Source: Tetramitus jugosus
Taxonomy: Eukaryota > Protista > Heterolobosea
Direction: 5' to 3'
Assembly (NCBI GenBank): GCA_937625935.1
Contig: OW569384.1
Coordinates: forward strand, 62,001 to 126,000
DNA: 64,000 nt
Positions 55,610 through 64,000 of the stretch are shown here, piece after piece; the stretch's first letter is position 1, and each line of letters begins with the position of its first letter. Below the pieces are notes generated by a model. It was not told the origin of the DNA. It ran no database searches and was given only the letters and a program-made list of their open reading frames with translations. The translations under genes and the position numbers were made by a program.

Positions 55610-58471
55610 ATGAGCTCTAGAGGAGGAAACAATAACAACAACAACAATAGCAATCACAACCATGGTCGTGGTGGTGGTGGTGGCAGTGGAAGAGGAACTG
55701 GTCATCGAAGTGGTGGTAGTGGTGGTGGTGGCGGTGGACCTTCCCATCATCACCCCAGCAGATCCACTCCCTCAACTTCTTCATCATCTTCATCAACTGC
55801 ATCAACTGCATCATCAGCAGCCTCATCATCAACATCATCAACAGCTTCATCATCATCACAGACCTCAAATCCATCATCTCAACAAAGAGGAGGAGGAGCA
55901 CCTTCCTCATACAGAGGTGGAGGAGGTGGCGGTCACCACACCTCCAGAACTTCTGGCGGAGAAACTCAAAATCATCACCGCGGCGGAGGAAGAGGCGGCG
56001 GAAGAGGACGCGGCGGAACTCGAGGCGGCGGCACTAGCAGCAGTAGTGGCGGCGGCGCAGGTGGACCTTACCAACAACGACAACCAACGATTGATGGCCT
56101 AAAGGACGTAAAGATTGAAACGGTGGATGTGGAAACGTTAGCTAAACCAACAAACAATGCACTGGCTGTGGATAGTCTCATTGTCAAGGGTAAGCCTGGA
56201 TCAGATGGCACATCCGTATCAATCGTCACCAATTACTTTCCATTGGAGCTTCCATCCAGCACGTATTATCAATACGACGTGACGATTACGCCAGAGTGCG
56301 AGAATAGAAGGTTGTGTGCCTATTTGATTGGGCAACACGAACAAATGTTTGAGAAAGACACTTATGTGTATGACGGTGTGGCTGTGCTGTACACGCAGAG
56401 TCCATTGCTAAAGGACACGAGCAAGGATATCGAGCTTGTTTCGCGCGTCAAGGAAAATGACACACTGTATCAAGTGAGAATGAAATTTACGTGCACAGTG
56501 TCGTCCACTACGATTAATCAATCTGCGATTCAATTGTTCAACATCATGTACAAGAGAGCACTGAGACATTTGAGTTTGCAACAAATTGGTCGTAATCATT
56601 ACAATATGGAGCCAAAGTATGTTGTCGAGGTTCCACAGCACAGAGTGAAGATTTTGCCTGGATTGTTGTCTACGATTTACACGAGCAGCAGAGGTCTCCT
56701 GTTCAATGCCGATGTGATTTATAAGACATTGAGAACCGATACCGTGTTGGACATGATTTATGAATTGAGGGATAAGCACAGAGATTTTAAACCTGTTGTT
56801 CGAGCAAATCTTCGCAACACTATTGTTCTGTGTCGCTACAACAATAGAACTGTGCATATCGATGACGTTGATTTTACTAAGACTCCAAAGGACTCGTTTG
56901 AAAAGAGTGGAAAGAAAATTACGTATGAAAAATACTTTATGGATACGTATAATCGTCCGATTAAGGATCTCAATCAACCATTGCTCATTCACAAGTCCAA
57001 GCACAAGAGCACAGTTGAATATTTTATCCCAGAATTGTGTTCCATGACTGGATTAACTGATAGTATGAGAAGCGATTCCACAGTGATGAGAGACCTCAAG
57101 GAGAGCACAGGACTTTCACCAGATGATCGTGCGAAGCAAACAATCAGTTTTGTTAGAGAGAGTGCTCAGAATGAAAACTTTGCTGCTGTGCTCCAAAAGT
57201 GGGGCTACAAGATCAGCCCAAAACTCTTGCTGCTCAAGGGTAGAGTGTTGCCTTCAGAGAAAATCATGTTTAAAAACTCGACGGTCAATGTCAAATCAAA
57301 TGCCTCCTGGGATATTAGATCAAATCCAATCTTTAAGGGAGTTAACATTACCAACTGGTTTGTCATTGCACCACCAAAGTCAAGAACAGAAGTTGAAGGC
57401 TTTGTTGACATGTTGATTCGAGTTGGAGAACCACTGGACATCAAGTTCAGCAAGCCCACCGTATTGGAATCGCGGGATTCTTCAATTGATTATCAACACA
57501 TACTGAGAGCGAACATCAAGAATGGTGAGACTCAACTTGTGATGATTGTTTTGCCATCTGACAAGAAGGAATTGTATGATACAGTGAAGCAAATATGTAT
57601 CAATCAATGTCCTGTACCATCTCAGTGTGTTGTTAAGAGAACCATTACAAATCCAAAGGGTGTACAAAGCAAAGCCACAAAGATTGCCGTCCAAATTGCT
57701 GCTAAGCTCGGTGGAGCTCCATGGAAAGTTCAAATGAGCTTACCTAGCCCAACCATGTTTGTGGGCATGGATGTGTATCACAGTGGTGAAATTGTGAACA
57801 GAAAGAAGCAATCGGTCGTAGGATTTGCTGCCTCAATGAACAGTACAGTCACTGCGTACTACAGCAGAGTAATGATTCAGGATCCAGGAAAGGAAATTGT
57901 AGAGGAATTGAAGCCCTGTATGGTTGCTGCTCTGAAGAAATTCCAGGAGACAAATTCCCGTTTTCCATCACAAATCATCTTTTACAGAGATGGTGTCGGT
58001 GAAGGCCAAGTAGAGTCTGTTGTCAAGCATGAAATCAATGCTTGTTTGGCTGCTATTCGAGAGCTTGAGATTGAGGATTGCAAACTGTCCTTTGTTGTCG
58101 TACTCAAAAGAATCAACACTCGATTGTTCTTGAAGGATGGAGAAAAGTTGATCAACCCTGTTCCAGGAACAGTAGTAGACACAGATATAACTGGTCCGGA
58201 CGCACTAGAATTCTTCCTCGTTTCTCAATCAGTCACACAAGGTACAGCTACGCCGACAAGATATCAGTGCATTCGAAACGGAGGTTCCTTCTCAGCCAAC
58301 TTCCTCCAATCAATCACGTACAAACTATGTCACATGTACTTCAATTGGTTTGGAACTGTCAGAGTTCCTGCTCCATGCTTATTTGCCCACAAGATTGCAT
58401 TCTTAGTCGGTCAATCGACTCAAGTAGAGGATCCTCTCAGAAGATTGAATGACAAACTGTTCTACTTGTAA
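55610..58471 (+). CDS. PIWI: PIWI-clade Argonaute with RG/RGG N-terminus and intact DEDH tetrad
   Basis: PAZ (RYNNRT..IDDVDF...P...F, DLNQPLL, FIPELC.MTGLTD), MID (PVPSQCV, KIAVQIAAKLGGAPW), PIWI (VGMDVYH, KEI, YRDGVGEGQ, TYKLCHMYFNWFGTVRVPAPCLFAHKIAFLVGQ). Confidence 0.97.
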   Translation: MSSRGGNNNNNNNSNHNHGRGGGGGSGRGTGHRSGGSGGGGGGPSHHHPSRSTPSTSSSSSSTASTASSAASSSTSSTASSSSQTSNPSSQQRGGGAPSSYRGGGGGGHHTSRTSGGETQNHHRGGGRGGGRGRGGTRGGGTSSSSGGGAGGPYQQRQPTIDGLKDVKIETVDVETLAKPTNNALAVDSLIVKGKPGSDGTSVSIVTNYFPLELPSSTYYQYDVTITPECENRRLCAYLIGQHEQMFEKDTYVYDGVAVLYTQSPLLKDTSKDIELVSRVKENDTLYQVRMKFTCTVSSTTINQSAIQLFNIMYKRALRHLSLQQIGRNHYNMEPKYVVEVPQHRVKILPGLLSTIYTSSRGLLFNADVIYKTLRTDTVLDMIYELRDKHRDFKPVVRANLRNTIVLCRYNNRTVHIDDVDFTKTPKDSFEKSGKKITYEKYFMDTYNRPIKDLNQPLLIHKSKHKSTVEYFIPELCSMTGLTDSMRSDSTVMRDLKESTGLSPDDRAKQTISFVRESAQNENFAAVLQKWGYKISPKLLLLKGRVLPSEKIMFKNSTVNVKSNASWDIRSNPIFKGVNITNWFVIAPPKSRTEVEGFVDMLIRVGEPLDIKFSKPTVLESRDSSIDYQHILRANIKNGETQLVMIVLPSDKKELYDTVKQICINQCPVPSQCVVKRTITNPKGVQSKATKIAVQIAAKLGGAPWKVQMSLPSPTMFVGMDVYHSGEIVNRKKQSVVGFAASMNSTVTAYYSRVMIQDPGKEIVEELKPCMVAALKKFQETNSRFPSQIIFYRDGVGEGQVESVVKHEINACLAAIRELEIEDCKLSFVVVLKRINTRLFLKDGEKLINPVPGTVVDTDITGPDALEFFLVSQSVTQGTATPTRYQCIRNGGSFSANFLQSITYKLCHMYFNWFGTVRVPAPCLFAHKIAFLVGQSTQVEDPLRRLNDKLFYL

Positions 58472-58534
58472 ATATAATCAAAAAAAGTTAATAATGTTTA
58501 TATGAGCTTCCTATTCACTCCTCCACTGCGTGAA

Positions 58535-60243
58535 TTACTGTTTGTTCTTGAACGGATGATCAAAAGGACATGAAGTTGTTCCTTTTACAGAATCAACCTT
58601 CAGAGGTCGCCACCGCTCTGCGGACATGTCTTTCGAATTGCAGTGAACGTACTGCAACCAGAACGACCGATCCAAACTCTTTAGGATTACCCAGTCTCCC
58701 GGATGAGAGAAAAAGTACTTTTTGTTGCTCGTCAGAATCTTCTTGACAAATTCATCCAATTCTTGATGCGATGAAAATGACACTTGATTCTCACTCATGT
58801 TCAACAGTTTCTGCAAATCGGGTGTCAATCCAAACACGACTGAACTATAACCATTGATCTTCACTTGATTCAAGAACGAAAGCAACGAGTCACCAGCGTT
58901 CAACTCTAATCCTAATTTGGCAACCACTGCCTCCACAAAGTGCACACAGTTTCGCTGATGTGAATCATAATAGTGACTGGAATTCCATTGACACAAAACT
59001 TCTGCCAGTGCATCCAACTGTCTCAACTCACCAATCTTAACCGATGATTCCTTCATGATGGTCAATGCATGACTATACAATCGTTTAGGAACAATGAGAC
59101 TCGTTTCGTCCCATCGCAACAAGCATGGACCAACAAGCAATCCAACCCTAAATGCTCCACTCATACTACTTGTATTGTGACTATGGTCATCATGACTACT
59201 ATTATTGCTCTCATGCTGCTGCTGATGATAATCATTCATCAACACGGGCAGCACACAATCAATCACATTGACACTACCAACATCACTCACACTACCATCA
59301 TGATTCTGCTGATCAAAAATCACCAAATGAACATCATAACAACCACTGCCTCTCGAGCTATAATCATCCGAAGAAGCAGAAGAGCCATGATGATACTGAA
59401 CTTGATTCTTCTTCTTGTCATTTTCCATCATTGACATCTCATTCAACATTTCACTCAACTTTTGCGTCAAAGAATACACAACAGAAGGTTCCATTTTGGT
59501 CGTTACATTCGAATCACCTTCAATGACACCACTCTTGCTGTGCACGGGACCAATGGGCACCAACTCCTCTAGAGCTTCCTTTAAATAAACATCCCTGATC
59601 ATTTCAATCAACTTTCGACTCGATCTCCAATCATTCATGGACAAGTAAGAACGAAGCATGTGTTGTTCAATGGACAGATATCTAGAAAATATAGCGACAA
59701 AGTCATCGTCACTAGCACTACTCATGCTGCTGTCAGTATGTGCAGTCATAGTCTTCTTGTTACACTTGGACAGCCTTTTCAATTTTTGTAGTGTGCTCTT
59801 GATGCGAACATTTTCTTGTTCGCTGAGGGGACAGTGCAGCGCACCGAGGTAGAGGTCATTGATTGATCGCAACAAGGTTTCTCTGTCTTTGGAATCGTTC
59901 AATCCCCATTCGATCAACTCTTGATCATTCAACAGAATCAACACCAATCCATTCGTTTTCTGTTTGCTCAGAATTTCTATTTGTCCGACGTAAAGGAGAC
60001 AGATGACAGGAGATGTCAGATTAACATACCTCACACCAAAAAACAATCACTTTACAAATGTATTCACACACACGCACACATACTTGCACAATTAAATAAT
60101 TGATTATCTCTGAGCCATTCATTCACTGTTTCACATGTCCATTGCCATACAGGTGTCATGTCAAACGTTTGACCCATCTCTGATGACGATGACAGAAGAG
60201 CGTTATCTTCAATGTGACTGACTGATGTGGCGAAATTGCCCAT
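58535..60243 (-). CDS. SAM-domain + PPPDE/permuted-papain-like protein, intron 60083..59977
   Basis: MGNF start; spliced SAM domain WTCETVNEWLRDNQL..CA|KILSKQKTNGLVLILLNDQELIEWGL...DRETLLRSI; C-terminal GAFRVGLLVGP...YD...RNCVHFVEAV. Confidence 0.7.
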
Positions 60244-60410
60244 TTTTTTAAAAGTGAGATATCAGCTGATGTTGTTTGTTGTTCTGCAAGAAGAAAACTT
60301 GGTTGTTTTTTGTTGGAATTTTTTGACTTTTTTTTGGTTCCCGATGATTGTCGGGATAATTACAAGGTTTTTTTACAGTTTATGGTTATAGTACGATGTC
60401 ATGACTTCTC

Positions 60411-60782
60411 TTAGAGTGATGGGGTATTTGGTTTGGGACGACCACCCAGGTGTTCTACCCGAAGCTTGTTGCGAGTTCTTCTTTCCTCCAGAACTGTTAT
60501 GATACAGACAGCACCGATGGCACCAGGCGCACCCAGCACTAGTCCACAAGCAACGATTCCTGTCACCTCGGCGACACGCACTGCCGTTCTCTTTGCTATT
60601 TTTCTTTTTCTGGTTGGTTTCTTGAGTGTGGAGGGTTTCTTTTTGTGTTCTTTACCTAGTTCCACTATTGTGGGTTTGTATATATTATCATTGGTATTAT
60701 TGTTGTACAAGTTGGTTGTCGTTTCGAGGTCATCCTCTATTAGCGCATAATTCCTGAGTCCATTGGTACTTCGGAAAGACAT
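60411..60782 (-). CDS. Small hypothetical protein with Gly-rich hydrophobic segment
   Basis: 123-aa ORF; GIVACGLVLGAPGAIGAVCIITV is flanked by basic residues. Confidence 0.6.
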   Translation of the reverse strand: MSFRSTNGLRNYALIEDDLETTTNLYNNNTNDNIYKPTIVELGKEHKKKPSTLKKPTRKRKIAKRTAVRVAEVTGIVACGLVLGAPGAIGAVCIITVLEERRTRNKLRVEHLGGRPKPNTPSL

Positions 60783-60947
60783 TCTTAGTATAGTTGGTGT
60801 GGAGAGTTTTGTGGTGTGGTTTTTTCTGCTCTTCTGAACCTTGACATCAAGTTCACCTGGGTTTGGGTTGTATAAAAGAGTTCCCTCGATCGAGTGAGCT
60901 ACACTATTTATAAAGAGGCATCAACCTCAGATGTCGAAAATATGACT

Positions 60948-63392
60948 TTATTTTTTGAAACTATTAACAACAATTGGCGACACATCCACCCGATTACAGT
61001 GTATCGCTTTGCAAGCATAGTCATCCAGGCTAATCACTAACTGTACATCTTTGGAGATTCCGGTAATCACCGCAGATTTTACACCTTGGGACTCATCTAA
61101 CTTGTTCACAACATCATAATGGATGTCCATAAATTCTGTTACAGTATCATAGGCATCCGATCGAAGAACAGAACCGACATTGGATCCCTCTAACAAAACC
61201 CAAAATCCTGTCAAGGAGCCAACAAAGTTTGCCTTTGTGACAGTATTGGATTTCACGGGTATTCCTCTGAGCAAATTTCGCTGCAACTCCATGATAAACA
61301 ACTTATCTTGAGCGTTTGTCATTTGTGGAATAATTGCAGACACAATATCACTCAGTTTGTGTTGTTTCGCTTTCAATACGACCTTGTATCCTCTGTATAG
61401 CAACTCTGCAGCTATCGACTTTGAATCAGTCATGAACAGCAAGTTCTCCTTCATGGAGACTTCAGTATTCCTAAATACGTGCTGCTCAATATAACACAAT
61501 TGATTTTTGAGGAATTTGATACCGGTAGGTGAATCATCCACAACGATTAATACCATGCGATGGTTGCTGAAGGTGAGACGACTCAAGTCGCCATCGCTCA
61601 AATCAAATGTAATTTCACCATGTGATACTTCATGGAAGCAGTAGTCGAACCGCCTCAATTCACCTGACTCTACCAGTGACTTGTGGCTCACATCGTCCCA
61701 CACTTGTCGATCCTCTGTTCTTAGAATGGTATTGTCCAGCAATTGATCAGAGCCATGAGCCAACAATGTAGGATTGTCATTCATCGTGGCCATTGGTGAT
61801 GATGACGACGACTTTGATGGAGAAGGAACGTACCGTGCAGCAAGCGCCAAACCATTGGGCAAATTGGCATACAGAGAATAGTAGTTATTGGCATAGGCCC
61901 ATCGAATCATCCATGGACCCCACGCAGATTCACCTGTTGACCGATACCACACATCCGTCACAGTACCACCCAAATAGGGCTTCACATTTGCCTTCTTGCT
62001 CCACAATCTACGCTCATCAAAGTACCTTCTAAATGCTAACCAATGCTCTGGAAATACCAACAAGGCATGCGTATCAACCAATTGATACAAGTATGGTTGA
62101 TGGTTATTATCATTGACTGTAGGTTCCGTGTCTGGATTGCCTGGCACCAATGTAGGTCTCTGTAACGATATTCCATAGATGGATGAAGCAACGAGAGAGG
62201 ATGGATCGAGAGACAATTGACTCGCCGTGAATTCACTCTTCCTCTTCTTCTGATTTATATTGTTTTGATCATTTTCTTGTTCTTCTGACTCTTGCTCTTT
62301 CTTCGTCTTCTTCTCATCTTGACTACTACTACTACTACTACTGTAGCGATACCTTGAGATCATCTTCTTCAAATACAGGTAATAGTACGGAGAAACAACC
62401 ATGTCATCATCCATAATCAACGCATACGTATCATTGTTTAACGGATAAAACGATTCCAACCATGAAAATTGCTTGTTTGCCGCTCGATGACGATACTGCA
62501 CACTCAATTTACCATGTGGCCACTTGAACGACCTCATCAAATAGTTTAAAATTTGTTCATGCATTCTTCTCCTTGTTTCATGTTCTTGCATGGTCATGGG
62601 TCGTGATGTCACAATACTTGTCTTGTGCTTGTTGTTCGGTGATGATGGTGCAATGACAGTCATGTTCTCATTCGGATCATAATGATCCACAAACACTGTT
62701 AAATCAATTTCTCCGATTCTCTCTGCCAACAATTGTTCTTCTTCTTCATCACCGTCATCGTCATCGCCATTATCACCACTCTTGTTTTCACTATTCAAAT
62801 TCGTATTTTTGTTGTGATTGATGTGATTATCATATTTGGCATCTCTTAGTGCTTCCAAGCACCGACTCAATGAATCCAATTGATCCATGGCCAACACTTT
62901 GATCTCAAACGAAAATTTTCCTCTCTTACTATTATTATTGATTGTCGTGCTTGTTGTTGTTGCTGTTGTTGTTGTCATTGTCGAAAAAAATTTTTGTTGA
63001 TCATTACGATTCGTGGTGGTGGAACAACAATGAATATCACACAATTGTTGAGCATGCATCTGATCAATCATTGTCTTATCCATAATAAATCCCGACAGGT
63101 ACAACAATTGATAGAGTGTATTGATGACGAATGCAATGACAATAACAATGGTTATCATGTAGAAGAATCGATGAGAAGCACTTGTTATTGAACTTGCATT
63201 TGAACTGGTATTTGTATTTGTTGATGATGATGATGATGACATTGTATTACTATTACTATTACTACTGCTATTGTTATTGTTGTTTAGGGAAGGAGAGCAA
63301 TTGGAGGTGGTGGTGGTGGTGGGAAGTGTATGATGATGGTGGTGGTGGTGGTGGTGTGCGGGTGATGGATGAGTGTGTTGGTGGACCACCAT
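60948..63392 (-). CDS. Type II membrane GT-A (GT2-like) glycosyltransferase
   Basis: TM helix near the N-terminus; FEIKVLAMDQLDSLSRCL, FKWPHG, WLESFYP, IMDDDMVVSPYY, YGISLQRP, YLYQL, FPEHW. Resembles an uncharacterised plant/algal family. Confidence 0.8.
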   Translation of the reverse strand: MVVHQHTHPSPAHHHHHHHHHTLPTTTTTSNCSPSLNNNNNSSSNSNSNTMSSSSSSTNTNTSSNASSITSASHRFFYMITIVIVIAFVINTLYQLLYLSGFIMDKTMIDQMHAQQLCDIHCCSTTTNRNDQQKFFSTMTTTTATTTSTTINNNSKRGKFSFEIKVLAMDQLDSLSRCLEALRDAKYDNHINHNKNTNLNSENKSGDNGDDDDGDEEEEQLLAERIGEIDLTVFVDHYDPNENMTVIAPSSPNNKHKTSIVTSRPMTMQEHETRRRMHEQILNYLMRSFKWPHGKLSVQYRHRAANKQFSWLESFYPLNNDTYALIMDDDMVVSPYYYLYLKKMISRYRYSSSSSSSQDEKKTKKEQESEEQENDQNNINQKKRKSEFTASQLSLDPSSLVASSIYGISLQRPTLVPGNPDTEPTVNDNNHQPYLYQLVDTHALLVFPEHWLAFRRYFDERRLWSKKANVKPYLGGTVTDVWYRSTGESAWGPWMIRWAYANNYYSLYANLPNGLALAARYVPSPSKSSSSSPMATMNDNPTLLAHGSDQLLDNTILRTEDRQVWDDVSHKSLVESGELRRFDYCFHEVSHGEITFDLSDGDLSRLTFSNHRMVLIVVDDSPTGIKFLKNQLCYIEQHVFRNTEVSMKENLLFMTDSKSIAAELLYRGYKVVLKAKQHKLSDIVSAIIPQMTNAQDKLFIMELQRNLLRGIPVKSNTVTKANFVGSLTGFWVLLEGSNVGSVLRSDAYDTVTEFMDIHYDVVNKLDESQGVKSAVITGISKDVQLVISLDDYACKAIHCNRVDVSPIVVNSFKK

Positions 63393-63793
63393 GGTGTTTT
63401 TTGTTGATGATTGTTTTGTGGTCTTTTTCGTTGTTTGATTTTTGAGCTCCCAATTTGAAACGACGACCAGTTACCATAAAAAAAAAGTTACATTTTTGAT
63501 GGGTTACTGTCGGACCTAAAGGGAGACTCTGGGAAGAAAGTACGGGTGGATTGGAATAGAGATTAGTACAGTTTGTTTCGCTATTTACAGTGTGTGTTTT
63601 ATTTACAAAATACAATCGACAGTTTTGTGTTGGTTATCACTCATAAAGTCGTACTACGGACAATGTAATACCCTCTTTCATCGAGTCTCCCCATACTCCA
63701 TGTGAAGCAAAGTCGTATCCCTCGAGCCAATGTTCATGGTAATTACCATGGATTGAGTTCTTTTGTTTTTTCTTGTGTGTAACTTTTTCATGT

Positions 63794-64000
63794 TTAAAGT
63801 TCCAGTGTTGGAGAAAACTCGATATCGCTTGTTTGATGATGTGAGAGATGGGATGGAAGTTGGCAGGTGGAACCAGAAGTGTGATGGTGGTTGACGAACT
63901 TGTGGTGACAAGTGTTGTTGTGAATGTGAGTGCTGTTGTTGCTATACAGGAATTTGAATAAGTTGTGGATAGTATGATACATTGTGAGGTTATCTGCAGA
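63794..64000 (-). CDS. Probable 3' end of a gene entering from the right edge
   Basis: Frame open from the edge (SADNLTMYH...EFSPTLEL*). A second frame is also open, so the true frame is uncertain. Confidence 0.3.
   Translation of the reverse strand, partial: SADNLTMYHTIHNLFKFLYSNNSTHIHNNTCHHKFVNHHHTSGSTCQLPSHLSHHQTSDIEFSPTLEL

Noticed and set aside
63735-63750. Perfect 16-bp palindrome CATGGTAATTACCATG
   Set aside because: About one such palindrome is expected by chance in 64 kb, and there is no supporting context.

Overview
Gene-dense, intron-poor eukaryotic nuclear DNA using the standard code. Spliceosomal introns are short (about 75-180 nt), mostly with GTATG/GTAAG donors, and CAA/AAT microsatellites encode poly-Q/N tracts. 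Gene content (RWP-RK factor, actin-fragmin-kinase-like gene, PPPDE-like family, PIWI-clade Argonaute) suggests a heterolobosean or similar free-living protist, but this is inference. About 35 genes are visible. Recognisable ones are malic enzyme, CCAR1/DBC1, three Methyltransf_22-type proteins, an M29-like peptidase, NELF-C/D, tRNA-Gln(UUG), phenylalanine hydroxylase, mS34, a CBS-domain protein, ARP1, RPP30, an NlpC/P60 hydrolase, metaxin, an SP-RING protein, SWR1/SRCAP, PIWI and a GT-A glycosyltransferase. Two accessory islands lack ordinary genes: about 10.7-13.8 kb and about 21.4-27 kb. The second starts 50 bp upstream of the tRNA gene and holds an intact tandem-RRM ORF, a frameshifted DUF6589/Academ-like transposase and a probable Harbinger/ISL2EU fragment. 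The best candidates for novelty are this tRNA-anchored island, an orphan Cys-motif/PY-NLS family in three states of decay, a membrane-anchored lipoyl-fold protein without the lipoyl lysine, a small His-rich two-repeat protein and a bacterial-type secreted peptidoglycan hydrolase. All family assignments come from motif recognition by eye; no searches were run.
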